Source: Nitrosopumilaceae archaeon (GTDB lineage Archaea > Thermoproteota > Nitrososphaeria > Nitrososphaerales > Nitrosopumilaceae). From it: a stretch of DNA of 64,000 bases. The notes under the pieces are model-generated. The model worked only from the letters and a program-made list of their open reading frames with translations. It had not been told where the DNA came from and searched no databases. This document shows positions 48,114 to 58,591 of this stretch, in pieces. The position numbers were made by a program, and so were the translations under genes. Every line of letters starts with the position of its first letter. The first letter of the stretch is position 1. Where the stretch lies: positions 1,312,001-1,376,000 of the forward strand of contig CBDCCK010000002.1 in the NCBI GenBank assembly GCA_965214835.1, given 5' to 3'.

Positions 48114-49247
48114 ATGACAGCCCAGCTACCACCAGGACTTGCACTTGAAAAAGTAGACGAGAGAATCATGACACTCAACGTCGGGCCGCAGCATCCTGGT
48201 TCTGGCCACATGAGGATCATTGTACAGATTGACGGCGACTATATCGTAGCATGCGATCCCGACCCGGGATACGTCCATCGCGGGGAGGAAAAAATGGCCG
48301 AGTACAGAAACTATATCACAAACATCCCGCACCTGGAGAGGCCGGTAATCCACGACTCCTGCAACGTGCTGTACCCCTACTGCCTGGGCGCCGAGGATCT
48401 CCTGGGAATCGAGGTTCCCGAGCGAGCAAAGTATGTCCGGGTTATCGCATCAGAGCTGAACCGCTGCGTCTACATCCTGTACTGGCTTGCAATATACGGG
48501 ATCTTCCTGGGACACTCTACGATGTTCATGTGGCCTGCCGGGGACAGGGAGTTTCTGATTGATCTCCTGGAGAAAATATCCGGCGCAAGGGTCACCCATG
48601 CATACTTTGTTCCAGGCGGCGTCAGAAACGATCTTCCGGCAAACTTTGAGGACGTATGCCTGAGACAAATCAGCTACTTTGAGAAGCGCATCAGGGAATA
48701 TGCAGACATCTTCTATGACAACCCGATATTGATCTCCAGAACCGAGAATACCGGCGTCCTCTCCAGGCAGGACGCCATCCGGCTCGGGACTACAGGCTCT
48801 GTACTGCGCGCAAGCGGCGTTGACTTTGATCTCCGAAAAAAGGAGCCCTATGACGCATACGAAGAGATGGACTTTGTCACCCCCGTGCTCAAGCAGGGCG
48901 ACTCTTACGCAAGATCCAAGATCCCGTGGCTTGACATGCTGGAGAGCTGCAGGATCATCAGGCAGGCACTGCAAAAGATGCCAAAATCCGGCTCTGTACG
49001 CGTAAAGCTAAAGCCAAACCCAAAGGGGGAGCTCGGCTCCGTCTACCGGCGCGTAGAGTCAGGACGCGGCTCGCTGGGCGCCTATATCGTCTCTGACAAA
49101 AAGGCAGAGCCATACCGGGTAAAGCTCAGCGTCGGCTCCTTTAGGAACCTCATTGCAATGCCGTATCTCCTCAAGGGCGAAAAGCTTGGCAACATGCCCT
49201 CGGTTTACTGGAGCCTGAACTACTGGCCGGTGGAGGCAGACAGATAG
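48114..49247 (+). CDS. nuoD: Complex I subunit D
   Basis: NVGPQHP, GYVHRGEEK, ESGRG, EADR. Confidence 0.96.
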   Translation: MTAQLPPGLALEKVDERIMTLNVGPQHPGSGHMRIIVQIDGDYIVACDPDPGYVHRGEEKMAEYRNYITNIPHLERPVIHDSCNVLYPYCLGAEDLLGIEVPERAKYVRVIASELNRCVYILYWLAIYGIFLGHSTMFMWPAGDREFLIDLLEKISGARVTHAYFVPGGVRNDLPANFEDVCLRQISYFEKRIREYADIFYDNPILISRTENTGVLSRQDAIRLGTTGSVLRASGVDFDLRKKEPYDAYEEMDFVTPVLKQGDSYARSKIPWLDMLESCRIIRQALQKMPKSGSVRVKLKPNPKGELGSVYRRVESGRGSLGAYIVSDKKAEPYRVKLSVGSFRNLIAMPYLLKGEKLGNMPSVYWSLNYWPVEADR

Positions 49248-50549
49248 ATGTCAATCATCGCGCCAAGGTTCAGCCTGGGATACTTTCTAAAGTCCATACT
49301 TGACAACCTGTTTTGGGTCATACTTGTCGTATCACTGATCGGAATCCCGGCAATCCAGGTGGCACTGATCTACATGGAGCTGCCAGTCGTCGGCGGCGAG
49401 CTGGTCTCCCCGTTCCTTGCATTTACGCTGATATCGGATCCGTCCAGGGCGGTTCCGCTGCTCAAGGCAATCATAGAGTCTGACTTTTTCAGGATCGCCG
49501 CGTTCCCCGGATTCGGCTTTGCGGCACTGCTGGCAGCAGGTACCATCTTTGTGGAAAGAAAGATGCTGGCAAAACTGCAGCTCAGGGTGGGGCCCTTTTA
49601 CTGCGGAAAGATCGAGGGCATCTTGCAGCTGATGGGAGACGGCCTAAAGCTGGTCTCCAAGGAGATCATCATCCCCGCCAAGGCAGACAAGCCGATCTTC
49701 TGGACGGCCCCGCTGATGTTTGTAGGTACTGCCGCGGCATTTACCGCACTAATACCTGTCGCCCCCGGCGGCTGGGTGGTCGCAGACCTTGATGTCGGAC
49801 TCCTTGCGGTCTTTGCCATCATTGGGTTCTTCCCGATTATAACAGTCCTGTCTGCGTGGTCTGCAAACAGCAAGTTCCCCTTCATCGGGGGGATCAGGGC
49901 GCTCCACCAGATGGTCTCCTTTGAAATCCCGCTGATACTGTCGCTCTTGGGCGTAGTCATAGTCACGGGAACGCTGAACCTCACCGAGATTGTGCAAAGC
50001 CAGTCCTTTATCCCGTGGATTGTATTTCTGCCGATAGGCGCAATAGTGTTCTTTATAACGATGCTTGCCGAGCTTGAGAGGATCCCCTTTGACCTGCCGG
50101 AGGCAGAAAGCGAGATCGTGGCAGGATGGCTGACAGAGTTCTCCGGCATGATGTACGGCCTAGTCCAGCTTGGAACCTATCTAAAGCTGTACGCGTTTGC
50201 GGCGCTGTTTGTCGTCCTGTTCCTGGGCGGCTGGCAGGGGCCGATGCTGTGGCCGCCGTTCCCCGAGGAGATAATCACCGACGGCATCGAGGCGGGCCCT
50301 GTAACCGTAATAATCCCGGGCCTGCCCGTAGTCAGTCAGGAGATGATCAACGGCACAATCTGGTTTGTGCTCAAGACGGTGGGGGTAATCTTCTTCATAC
50401 TGCTGCCAAGAGGCGTATTCCCGAGAATCAGGATCGACATGCTGCTGCAGCTGGGCTGGTTCAAGCTGATCGGCCTGGCGTTTGTTAACATGTTTATAGC
50501 ACTCGGATTGCTGTACGCTGGAGTCATAGGACCGGGAGGGATGATCTGA
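49248..50549 (+). CDS. nuoH: Complex I subunit H
   Basis: ERKMLAKLQLRVGP, PFDLPEAESE, PRIRID. Confidence 0.96.
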   Translation: MSIIAPRFSLGYFLKSILDNLFWVILVVSLIGIPAIQVALIYMELPVVGGELVSPFLAFTLISDPSRAVPLLKAIIESDFFRIAAFPGFGFAALLAAGTIFVERKMLAKLQLRVGPFYCGKIEGILQLMGDGLKLVSKEIIIPAKADKPIFWTAPLMFVGTAAAFTALIPVAPGGWVVADLDVGLLAVFAIIGFFPIITVLSAWSANSKFPFIGGIRALHQMVSFEIPLILSLLGVVIVTGTLNLTEIVQSQSFIPWIVFLPIGAIVFFITMLAELERIPFDLPEAESEIVAGWLTEFSGMMYGLVQLGTYLKLYAFAALFVVLFLGGWQGPMLWPPFPEEIITDGIEAGPVTVIIPGLPVVSQEMINGTIWFVLKTVGVIFFILLPRGVFPRIRIDMLLQLGWFKLIGLAFVNMFIALGLLYAGVIGPGGMI

Positions 50550-51046
50550 TGGGAACGGCAACGGGAATTATCAAGGCGCTCAACTCCGGGATCAAGCACC
50601 TGGCAGTCAAGCGGTTCACGCTGAGATACCCCGAGGAGAAGCTAAAGTTTGTAGGGGACGGATACCAGTTTGATCCGACCACCGGCGTGGGCATTGCAGG
50701 CCTCAAGGGAAGGCACATGCTGTTCCACGACCACTGCACAGGATGCTCGCTCTGCTCTATTGCGTGCGAGGGCGTGGCCGAGGCAATCGGGATGGTCAAG
50801 GTGCCAGAAAAGTGGGGCCAAAACAAGAAATCAATCATGCCACAGATTGATTATGGAAAGTGCGTCTTCTGCGGGCTGTGTGTTGACGCATGCCCGTTTT
50901 ACGCGCTATACATGAGCAACGACTATGAACTGTCCTCATTCACAAAGGAGGGGCTGATCTACACGCCTGCCCAGCTGCAGGTAAAGCCGAACCTTTCACA
51001 GGACGTGGAAATCAAGATAGATGACAGGGGTGCATCCCATGGCTGA
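50549..51046 (+). CDS. nuoI: Complex I subunit I
   Basis: Two 4Fe-4S motifs CTGCSLC and CVFCGLCVDACP. Confidence 0.96.
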   Translation: MGTATGIIKALNSGIKHLAVKRFTLRYPEEKLKFVGDGYQFDPTTGVGIAGLKGRHMLFHDHCTGCSLCSIACEGVAEAIGMVKVPEKWGQNKKSIMPQIDYGKCVFCGLCVDACPFYALYMSNDYELSSFTKEGLIYTPAQLQVKPNLSQDVEIKIDDRGASHG

Positions 51047-51554
51047 TGCGGCGTTTCTGGCGCTGTCCGTCCTTACAATCGGCTCTGCCATAGCCGCACT
51101 CGAGCTGCGCTCGCTCATTTACGGCTCAATCGCACTGATGGGAACCCTGGGAGGCATTGCGGGATTCTTCCTGCTGCTTGACTCCCCCTTTGTAGCAATG
51201 TTTCAGATTGCCGTATACGTCGGCTCCATTGCCGTACTGATTCTGTTTACCGTCATGCTGGTAAAGCGCGAGCTGATCTTCAAGAAGATCGAGGACAGGC
51301 GGAGAAAGTTTGCCGGACTCGGCCTGATGCTGGTCTTCATGGTGTCCCTGGGCGCCGTCATACTGGACTCGGGAATCAAGACCGTCACGACCGACGAGCC
51401 GCCCGTTGACTTTAGGGAGATCGGCGTCGACTTTTTGACCTACTACTGGCCCGCACTGATTCTGATGTCCCTGATACTGGCCGCATCCGTAATCGGCGCA
51501 CTGGTACTTGCTAGAAGAGAGGAGGAGATAGAGACTGGTCAACGAGCTGACTGA
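51039..51554 (+). CDS. nuoJ: Complex I subunit J
   Basis: QIAVYVGSIAVLILF. Confidence 0.94.
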   Translation: MADAAFLALSVLTIGSAIAALELRSLIYGSIALMGTLGGIAGFFLLLDSPFVAMFQIAVYVGSIAVLILFTVMLVKRELIFKKIEDRRRKFAGLGLMLVFMVSLGAVILDSGIKTVTTDEPPVDFREIGVDFLTYYWPALILMSLILAASVIGALVLARREEEIETGQRAD

Positions 51555-51840
51555 CTTTGTCATCGTCTCAATAGCCCTTCTGGGAATCGGAATCTACGGG
51601 CTGTCCGTCAAGCGCAATGCAATCAGGATGCTGTTTGCAGTCGAGATCATAATCAACGCGGCAAACCTCAACCTGGTCGCCTTTGGACGGTTTCTGCCAC
51701 ACAGCGGGGGGCAGACCATGGCGCTGTTCTCAATCGCAATCGCCGCAGCAGAGGTCGCCGTGGGACTCTCGCTGATTATTGTCGCCTACAGGATGTACAA
51801 GAATGTCGACATTGCCGAGTTCAGGAGCCTGAAGGGATAA
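51535..51840 (+). CDS. nuoK: Complex I subunit K, inferred CTG start
   Basis: In-frame TAG at 51529 then CTG GTC AAC GAG; first TM helix (SIALLGIGIYG) precedes the first ATG; AAAEVAVGL. Confidence 0.92.
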   Translation: MVNELTDFVIVSIALLGIGIYGLSVKRNAIRMLFAVEIIINAANLNLVAFGRFLPHSGGQTMALFSIAIAAAEVAVGLSLIIVAYRMYKNVDIAEFRSLKG

Positions 51841-53396
51841 TGGAATACGCATTGCTCCAGGCAGTCTTCTTGCCTCTACTGCTGTCTCCTGTGGCCTACC
51901 TGATCGGACGCAGGGCGGGCCCCGGCCCTGCAATGTGGTTCTCGTTTGCAGTCCTGCTTTACTGCACCGTAATCATCATAGTTCCGGCACTTGACGGAAC
52001 CTACGAGGAGCACTATCCGTGGACGTCGATGTTTGGCGAGTTTGGCCTCCTGCTTGACGGCCTTGCGTCCCCGTTTGCAATCATGATTTACGTCCTGTCT
52101 ACGATACTGGCGCTCTATTCCAGGCCGTACATGATCCACAAGTTCAGGGATCAGTACGAGCAGATGCAGCACGAGCTGGCCGCGTCTGCCGGCCAAGCTA
52201 CTGCCGCAATTGATCAGGCCGACATGGACAGGTACGTCAGCGCAAAGTCCGGCACGTACTTTGCACTGTACCTTGTCTTTGCAATGGGAATGCTGGGAAC
52301 CGTCCTTGCAACCAACCTGATCCAGTTCTACATCTTCTTTGAGGTGATGCTGATTCCCGGCTTTTTCCTGATCGCATTCTGGGGCGACGGTCCTAGGAGA
52401 AGGATAGCACTGATGTTCCTGTTCTGGACCCACGTCGGCGCAGTCGTCCTGCTGCTCGGCTTTCTGATGATAGGCCTCAGCATAGGAAGCTTTGACTTTG
52501 CCGACATCTCCGAGTCGGCGATTCCACAGGACGTCCTGCTGGTGTCCGCAGTTGCCATAGCCATAGGACTCGGCGTAAAGCTTGCGGCGTTTATGTTCCA
52601 CATCTGGCTGCCATACGTCCACGGTGCGGCGCCGACGCCGATAAGCGCGCTCTTGTCCCCTGCCATGATCGGAATCGGGGCATATGGCATCTTTAGGCTG
52701 ATAGTCGAGTTCCTGCCGACCGCGTATGCGGACCTCTCAATCTGGTTCCACGTCTGGGGCCTGGTGACCATGCTGTACGGCGGCGCCATGGCGCTCATGC
52801 AAGACGACATCAAGCGCCTGCTTGCATACTCGAGCATCAGCCAGATGGGATACCTCCTGTTTGGAATCGGCACCTACTCGTCAATGGGACTGGCCGGCGC
52901 CGAGATGATGTACGTCACGCACGCACTTGGAAAGGGTATCCTCTTTATGACTGCCGGAATCCTGATAGTCAGGGTCGGCACGCGCTCGATCTCCAGACTA
53001 GGCGGGCTTGCAGGAAGGATGCCGATAACTGCAGTCTGTGCGGTAATTGGCGCACTGACCATAATGGGCGTCCCGCCGACCAGCGGATTCATGGGGGAGT
53101 GGATCCTGTTTTACGGCGCGCTGGAGACTGCAATCGAGGAGGGCTCGACCCTCAGGATGGTTACATTCGGACTCGGACTGGTCGCGACGGCCCTTACAAT
53201 GTCCTACATGCTGTGGATGTTAAAGCGCGTGTTCTTTGGAAAGACTCCCAGCAATCTGACCGGCGTCAGGGAGGCGCCCTGGTACATGACTGCCCCGATG
53301 ATGGTCCTTGCGGGATTTACAATAGTGCTGGGAATCCATCCGGATATCTTCCTGGAGCAGATAATGCCATACATGAACGGGGTGCTGGGGGCCTAG
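51840..53396 (+). CDS. nuoM: Complex I subunit M
   Basis: FYIFFE, HIWLPYVHGAAP, DIKRLLAYSS. Confidence 0.94.
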   Translation: MEYALLQAVFLPLLLSPVAYLIGRRAGPGPAMWFSFAVLLYCTVIIIVPALDGTYEEHYPWTSMFGEFGLLLDGLASPFAIMIYVLSTILALYSRPYMIHKFRDQYEQMQHELAASAGQATAAIDQADMDRYVSAKSGTYFALYLVFAMGMLGTVLATNLIQFYIFFEVMLIPGFFLIAFWGDGPRRRIALMFLFWTHVGAVVLLLGFLMIGLSIGSFDFADISESAIPQDVLLVSAVAIAIGLGVKLAAFMFHIWLPYVHGAAPTPISALLSPAMIGIGAYGIFRLIVEFLPTAYADLSIWFHVWGLVTMLYGGAMALMQDDIKRLLAYSSISQMGYLLFGIGTYSSMGLAGAEMMYVTHALGKGILFMTAGILIVRVGTRSISRLGGLAGRMPITAVCAVIGALTIMGVPPTSGFMGEWILFYGALETAIEEGSTLRMVTFGLGLVATALTMSYMLWMLKRVFFGKTPSNLTGVREAPWYMTAPMMVLAGFTIVLGIHPDIFLEQIMPYMNGVLGA

Positions 53397-53399
53397 ATC

Positions 53400-55478
53400 A
53401 TGGCAGCAGAGACTGTGGCACTGCCCTTTGAGGTGACGGCAAGCGCGGCCTGGGCCGTATGGATCCTTCCGTTTGTCGCGGCGCTAATCATGCCGGCAGT
53501 CGGACGGTTTGCCCGGGCCGGAACCGGATACGTCGCAGTGGCATTTGCACTGATGAGCGCCCTGTCTGCGGCCTCGATGCTTCCGGCCGCACTGTCTGGC
53601 GGCGAGCTGCACGATCAGATTCCGTGGATCAACGCGATTGGCCTTGAGGCAGGCGTCCTGGCAGACCCGCTGGCCGTAATCATGGCAAACGTCGTGGGCT
53701 GGATCTCGTTCCTGATCATGATTTACGGCACCGGCTACATGAAGGGCGACCGGGACATCATGCGGTTCTGGTTCTGGATGATGTTCTTCATTGGCTCCAT
53801 GCAGCTTATCGTGCTTTCGGACAACCTGCTCCAGGTCTTCTTCGGATGGGAGGGCGTGGGGCTTGCGTCGTACATGCTGATCAGCTTTTGGTATCGCGAC
53901 AAAAAGAAGGACTATGTCGGTACCGAGGGCCATACCGCGCTGGGCCTGGCAGCATACTACTCACCGACGCATGCCGGCATGAAGGCGTTCATCATGACCA
54001 AGGTCGGCGACGTGATGATGCTGGCAGGAATGTTCCTGATATTTGCGTATGCCGGGACGTTTGGGTTCAGGGAGCTTGCCGCCGATACTGCCTGGGCAGT
54101 CTCGATGCAGGCAGAAGGGTTCCTTGTACCTGCCGCCGTCCTGCTCTTTGGCGGCGCGATAGGCAAGTCCGCGCAGTTCCCGCTAAACGAGTGGCTGCTA
54201 GAGGCGATGACGGGCCCGACGGCAGTCTCTGCACTCATTCACGCAGCAACGATGGTCAAGGCAGGCGTCTTCCTGGTTGCAAGGATCGGCCCGCTCTTCT
54301 TTGCGCTGGCCGCCGCCGGAATCATGATGGACCAGTTCTTTGAGATCGTCGCCTGGGTTGGAGCCATTACCGCGCTGCTGCTTGCCACCCAGGGCATGGT
54401 CAATCCCGAGATCAAAAAGGTCCTGGCATACTCTACCGGCTCGCAAATCGGCTACATGATGATGGCGCTAGGCGTCGCAGGGCTGTCCCACCAGTACGTC
54501 GACGGCTATACCGCGGGATTCTTCCACCTGATCTCACACGCGATGTTCAAGGCGTCGCTGTTCATGGCAGCAGGCTCGCTGCTGCACGTGGTCGGCTCCC
54601 GGTTCATGACCGACATGGGGGGGCTGCGCAAGCACATGAAAAAGACCTATGCGTTCATGTGGGCTGCAGGCCTTGCCCTGATGGGCGCCCCGTTTATAAC
54701 AACGGGCTTTTGGAGCAAGGATGCAATCTTTGCCGCAGTATATACGTCCGGAAGCGAGTGGGCCCTGCCCCTTTATGCAATCGCCGTACTGACTGCAGTC
54801 ATTACGGCATTTTACACCACTAGGATGATTGGAATGGTCTTCTTTGGCAAGCCCAGCAGGCACATTGAGAGGATGGAGTCAGAGGGGCGCCACATCCATG
54901 AGGCGCCGCTGTCGATGTGGGTGCCGTATGGAATCCTGGCGGCGCTTACAATAGGCATCGGACTGATCGGGCTAGGGTTTGAGCAGGAACTGCACCACCT
55001 GTTTGACGTATACCTTGATGATACGTTCCATATCCACTCCGAGCACCATCCACCCGGGGACTCGATTCTGCCGGGATTCCTGTCGGGCCTCAATCCCGTG
55101 GCCCTAGGCTCCTCGCTTGCCGCGTTTGCCGCCGGGATCGGGCTTGGGTACGTCTTTTATATCGGCAGGCTCGCAGATCCGGCCAGGTTTGTAAACTCTA
55201 ACATATTCTTCTATGCACTGCACAAGCTGATGCTAAACAGATGGTATCTTAACGCCATGGTATACTGGGGATTCGTCGTAGCGCCGCTGTGGCTTGCAAG
55301 GGGCCTGTACAGGTACTTTGAGAGGACCGCCATTGATGCCGGCATGAACCTTGGACTCCAGAGGGCTACCGGCTGGGGCGCAAAGGTCGTGCAGGGAACC
55401 CAGACCGGAGTCGCACAATCTTATCTATTCGTATTTGGAGCAGGACTGCTGTTCGTCGTCCTGATATTGATGATTTAG
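53400..55478 (+). CDS. nuoL: Complex I subunit L
   Basis: WEGVG, KSAQFPL, EAMTGPTAVSALIHAATMV. Confidence 0.96.
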   Translation: MAAETVALPFEVTASAAWAVWILPFVAALIMPAVGRFARAGTGYVAVAFALMSALSAASMLPAALSGGELHDQIPWINAIGLEAGVLADPLAVIMANVVGWISFLIMIYGTGYMKGDRDIMRFWFWMMFFIGSMQLIVLSDNLLQVFFGWEGVGLASYMLISFWYRDKKKDYVGTEGHTALGLAAYYSPTHAGMKAFIMTKVGDVMMLAGMFLIFAYAGTFGFRELAADTAWAVSMQAEGFLVPAAVLLFGGAIGKSAQFPLNEWLLEAMTGPTAVSALIHAATMVKAGVFLVARIGPLFFALAAAGIMMDQFFEIVAWVGAITALLLATQGMVNPEIKKVLAYSTGSQIGYMMMALGVAGLSHQYVDGYTAGFFHLISHAMFKASLFMAAGSLLHVVGSRFMTDMGGLRKHMKKTYAFMWAAGLALMGAPFITTGFWSKDAIFAAVYTSGSEWALPLYAIAVLTAVITAFYTTRMIGMVFFGKPSRHIERMESEGRHIHEAPLSMWVPYGILAALTIGIGLIGLGFEQELHHLFDVYLDDTFHIHSEHHPPGDSILPGFLSGLNPVALGSSLAAFAAGIGLGYVFYIGRLADPARFVNSNIFFYALHKLMLNRWYLNAMVYWGFVVAPLWLARGLYRYFERTAIDAGMNLGLQRATGWGAKVVQGTQTGVAQSYLFVFGAGLLFVVLILMI

Positions 55479-55490
55479 GGGTGCCATGGG

Positions 55491-56972
55491 ATGATAGGGA
55501 TTGACTCAACTCCGATGATTATAGTGGCGATTCTCGGCGCCGTAGGCGTAATCCTGCCCCTGATCAGCATCGCAAGGGGGGAGCGGGGCTCCAACTCGCT
55601 TTATGCCGCAATCGCGTTTGGCGCCCTCATTGCGTCTGTTGCGTTTGTCGGGTACCAGATCATCAGCAACAACGTGGCGCCTGCGGCGCTGTTCTCCGAG
55701 GATGTCATCTCTGATGACATGTTCGGCGGCTTTTTTGCAATCGCAATGCTGATAGTTGCCATCATGACGACCGTCGGCTCCTTTAACTACATGCGCAGGC
55801 ACAGGCATCATGCCGTCTACTATTCGCTGATCCTGCTTTCGGCCATCGGCATGGTCCTGGTCGCCTACTCGACGGATCTGGTTATGCTCTTTGTGGCCTG
55901 GGAGCTGATGAGCATTCCGACATATGTCCTGGCCGGGTTTGCCAAAAAGGATCCGCGCTCCAACGAGGGGGCACTAAAGTACTTTTTGTTTGGGGCCCTG
56001 TCGTCTGCAATCATAGTGTACGGGATATCGCTGGCATACGGAATTACGGGCTCTACCAACATAGCCGATGTCGTCGCAGGCTATGCGGCCGTCGATGCCA
56101 GCATGCTGCCGCTTGCACTGCTTTCGGTCGGGCTGTTCATTGCCGGATTCGGCTTTAAGATGGGCCTGGTCCCGTTCCACATGTGGCTTCCAGACACGTA
56201 CGAGGGGGCGCCGCCGCCCATCACGGCACTGCTTGCGGCAGGCACGAAAAAGGCAGGGTTTGCAGCAGCAATACGGGTTGTGATCCTTGGAACGGCGGCG
56301 CTGCAGGTTGACTGGGCCCTTGCACTGGGAATCATCGCCGTTATGACGATGACGATTGGCAACGTGGCCGCAATCATGCAAAAGAACCTCACGCGAATGC
56401 TGGCCTATTCCAGCATAGGCCATGCGGGCTATCTCCTAATCGGCCTTGCAGTGGCCCCCTTCTCGCCGACCGGCCTTCACGGCTCCCTCCTGCACGTGAT
56501 GAATCACGCCGTCATGAAGGGCGCGGCCTTTATCGCAGTCGGGGGAATCGTGGCGGCCCTGGCAGTCACCCACCTTGACAAGCTCAGGGGACTCGGCAGA
56601 AGGATGCCGATCACCTCGCTCGGCCTGCTGATCTCGCTGTTTGCACTTGCAGGCGTGCCCCCCCTCAACGGGTTCTGGAGCAAGCTCATACTGTTCGGCG
56701 CGGCGCTAGATGCCAGTACCGCGGCGCCATGGACGGCGTGGCTTGCAGTCGCAGGCGTGCTCAACAGCGCGCTGTCCCTGGCATACTATGGCTGGATTAT
56801 GAGAAAGATGTACTTTGAGGGCGAGCGCGAAAAGCGCGTATCTGAGCCCCGGTCCGTCATTGCCGTAATGATCTTCTCGATAATCTTCATGGTGGGATTC
56901 GGCGTATATCCGGAACCGCTGATCCAGTTTGCAGAGATGGCCACCCCCTCGCTGCAGGGCCTCATGCCTTAA
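55491..56972 (+). CDS. nuoN: Complex I subunit N
   Basis: EGALKYF, PFHMWLPDTYEGAP, RMLAYSSIGHAG. Confidence 0.96.
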   Translation: MIGIDSTPMIIVAILGAVGVILPLISIARGERGSNSLYAAIAFGALIASVAFVGYQIISNNVAPAALFSEDVISDDMFGGFFAIAMLIVAIMTTVGSFNYMRRHRHHAVYYSLILLSAIGMVLVAYSTDLVMLFVAWELMSIPTYVLAGFAKKDPRSNEGALKYFLFGALSSAIIVYGISLAYGITGSTNIADVVAGYAAVDASMLPLALLSVGLFIAGFGFKMGLVPFHMWLPDTYEGAPPPITALLAAGTKKAGFAAAIRVVILGTAALQVDWALALGIIAVMTMTIGNVAAIMQKNLTRMLAYSSIGHAGYLLIGLAVAPFSPTGLHGSLLHVMNHAVMKGAAFIAVGGIVAALAVTHLDKLRGLGRRMPITSLGLLISLFALAGVPPLNGFWSKLILFGAALDASTAAPWTAWLAVAGVLNSALSLAYYGWIMRKMYFEGEREKRVSEPRSVIAVMIFSIIFMVGFGVYPEPLIQFAEMATPSLQGLMP

Positions 56973-57813
56973 ACGAGGTAAACTTTATCAGGTTTTCCAG
57001 GTTTATCTTTGCGCCGCTGTCCGGGATTCTTCTCAGTCCGGAGCGCGCCTTTTCGGAGTATTCCTTGAGCAGATCCTCCATCTTGTTGAAGACATCCCTA
57101 GGATCCGCGCTCTTTTTGATTAGCAGGTTGAACAGCTTGTCCTCGTTCTTCCAGTCCAGCAGGTCGTCCCTTATCTGATATGCGATTCCGACGTTTCTTC
57201 CATATCCGGTCAGCGCCTCGATCTGCTCCTCTGCCGCGTCTGCAATGATCGCGCCGGTCCTGGCTGCAACCTCAAATGCCGTCGCAGTCTTGTACTCTAT
57301 GACCCTTAGATAGTCATCAAAGGTAACGTCCTCGCTTGCCTCCAGTCTTGCCTCGATCATCTCGCCCTCGCTCATCAGCATTGCAGTCGTGGCCAGATCC
57401 TTTGTAATCCTTGCATTGTCAAGCCTTGCAGAGATGCCCAGAATCAGCCCCAGGACAAAATCCCCGGTCAGAATGCTCGTGTTGTAGCCGTACTTTATGT
57501 GGAATGGATCCTTTTGCCTTCTAAGGGTCTCCTCGTCAATGATGTCGTCATGAATTATGGACTCCATGTGCAGAAACTCGACTGCACATGCAGCAGAGTA
57601 TACGTTGTCATCCGTCCTTCCCACGCTCTCTGCTGCCAGCACCGAGATTACCGGCCTGATCCGCTTTCCGCCCTCTAGCGAGTACTTTAGGGGCTCGATG
57701 AACTCAGACTCTGAATACAGATCCAGCTCCCTGCCTAGCGCAGTGTTGATTTTGTCAATATACCTTCCATAAGTTTCCAACAGTGGGTTAATCTCGATGT
57801 TTTTCCTGTCCAA
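56962..57813 (-). CDS. Polyprenyl diphosphate synthase
   Basis: GGKRIRP, HDDIID...RR, YKTA, QIRDD. Confidence 0.94.
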   Translation of the reverse strand: MDRKNIEINPLLETYGRYIDKINTALGRELDLYSESEFIEPLKYSLEGGKRIRPVISVLAAESVGRTDDNVYSAACAVEFLHMESIIHDDIIDEETLRRQKDPFHIKYGYNTSILTGDFVLGLILGISARLDNARITKDLATTAMLMSEGEMIEARLEASEDVTFDDYLRVIEYKTATAFEVAARTGAIIADAAEEQIEALTGYGRNVGIAYQIRDDLLDWKNEDKLFNLLIKKSADPRDVFNKMEDLLKEYSEKARSGLRRIPDSGAKINLENLIKFTSFKA

Positions 57814-57864
57814 GACTGCCTGATCAAAAAACTCTGTTATTGGTAATTAAATCTTGGCGATCCC

Positions 57865-57957
57865 GCCAGGAGCTTGCCCCCTAGACTGCACTGCAGACCG
57901 GGACACTGATCACCGTGTCCCCCCATGCCGTATCTTCTGTAGGGGTAATCTCTTACC
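57865..57957. mobile_element. MITE-like element, family F
   Basis: Homologous to 60325-60416; ends gagcttgcccc / ggggtaatctcttacc. Confidence 0.7.
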
Positions 57958-58245
57958 ACGCTAATGCTGGCAGATCCGTATGGTGACCCAAATGCGTTTG
58001 TTTCAGGCACAAGGCACGCGCGTGAGTTGATGCAGGATGGCCTGTCTCGTATTATGGGCGGCCTCTTGGCAGCTATGGAAGCCAAAGTCGTCTGGGATAT
58101 CAAGCTGGGAATAAAACCTTCAAAGAGGTTTTGGTCTTTTTTCTTGGAGTGCCTGACCTGCTCGTTAGATCCGAGGCGGGTTGCCATGCCTTGCATTCCA
58201 AAGGTTCCAAAAGATTTTATGGTTAAAACGAATCGTTCAAGCAGC

Positions 58246-58320
58246 GCTCCTGTAGTGTAGTCCGGTCAAGCATTTAGGCCTTTCACGCCTGAGACTCGGG
58301 TTCGAATCCCGACGGGAGCA
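58246..58320 (+). tRNA. tRNA-Glu(TTC)
   Basis: GCTCCTG/CGGGAGC, loop CTTTCAC, GGTTCGAATCC. Confidence 0.95.
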
Positions 58321-58591
58321 CACACCAGCTTTTTCAAAAAAACCACCCTTTGATCGATATCTGCGGATTGGGAATGCCGTTGAGTTCATAGAGCGTTTTG
58401 CAGTCTGGCATCGGTTGGAAAGCCCGCAGTGGCCTTACCTTCGGTGGCAAGAGCTTGCCCCAGCCGCCCATTGGGCAAGTTCCTCATGATGCCTCTGATC
58501 CATGAGCCACCGATACCCTAGAAAATGCATGTCATCCGCACAGCCCCGCCGGGCCACAAAGATTTTTTTACCGGCCTCATGGCATAGCCGT

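Noticed and set aside
41347-56972. Absence of nuoEFG and nuoM-before-nuoL order as a novelty
   Set aside because: This is the normal arrangement in Thaumarchaeota.
57958-58560. ORFs around tRNA-Glu
   Set aside because: No recognisable motifs and interrupted by MITE ends; likely degraded DNA.
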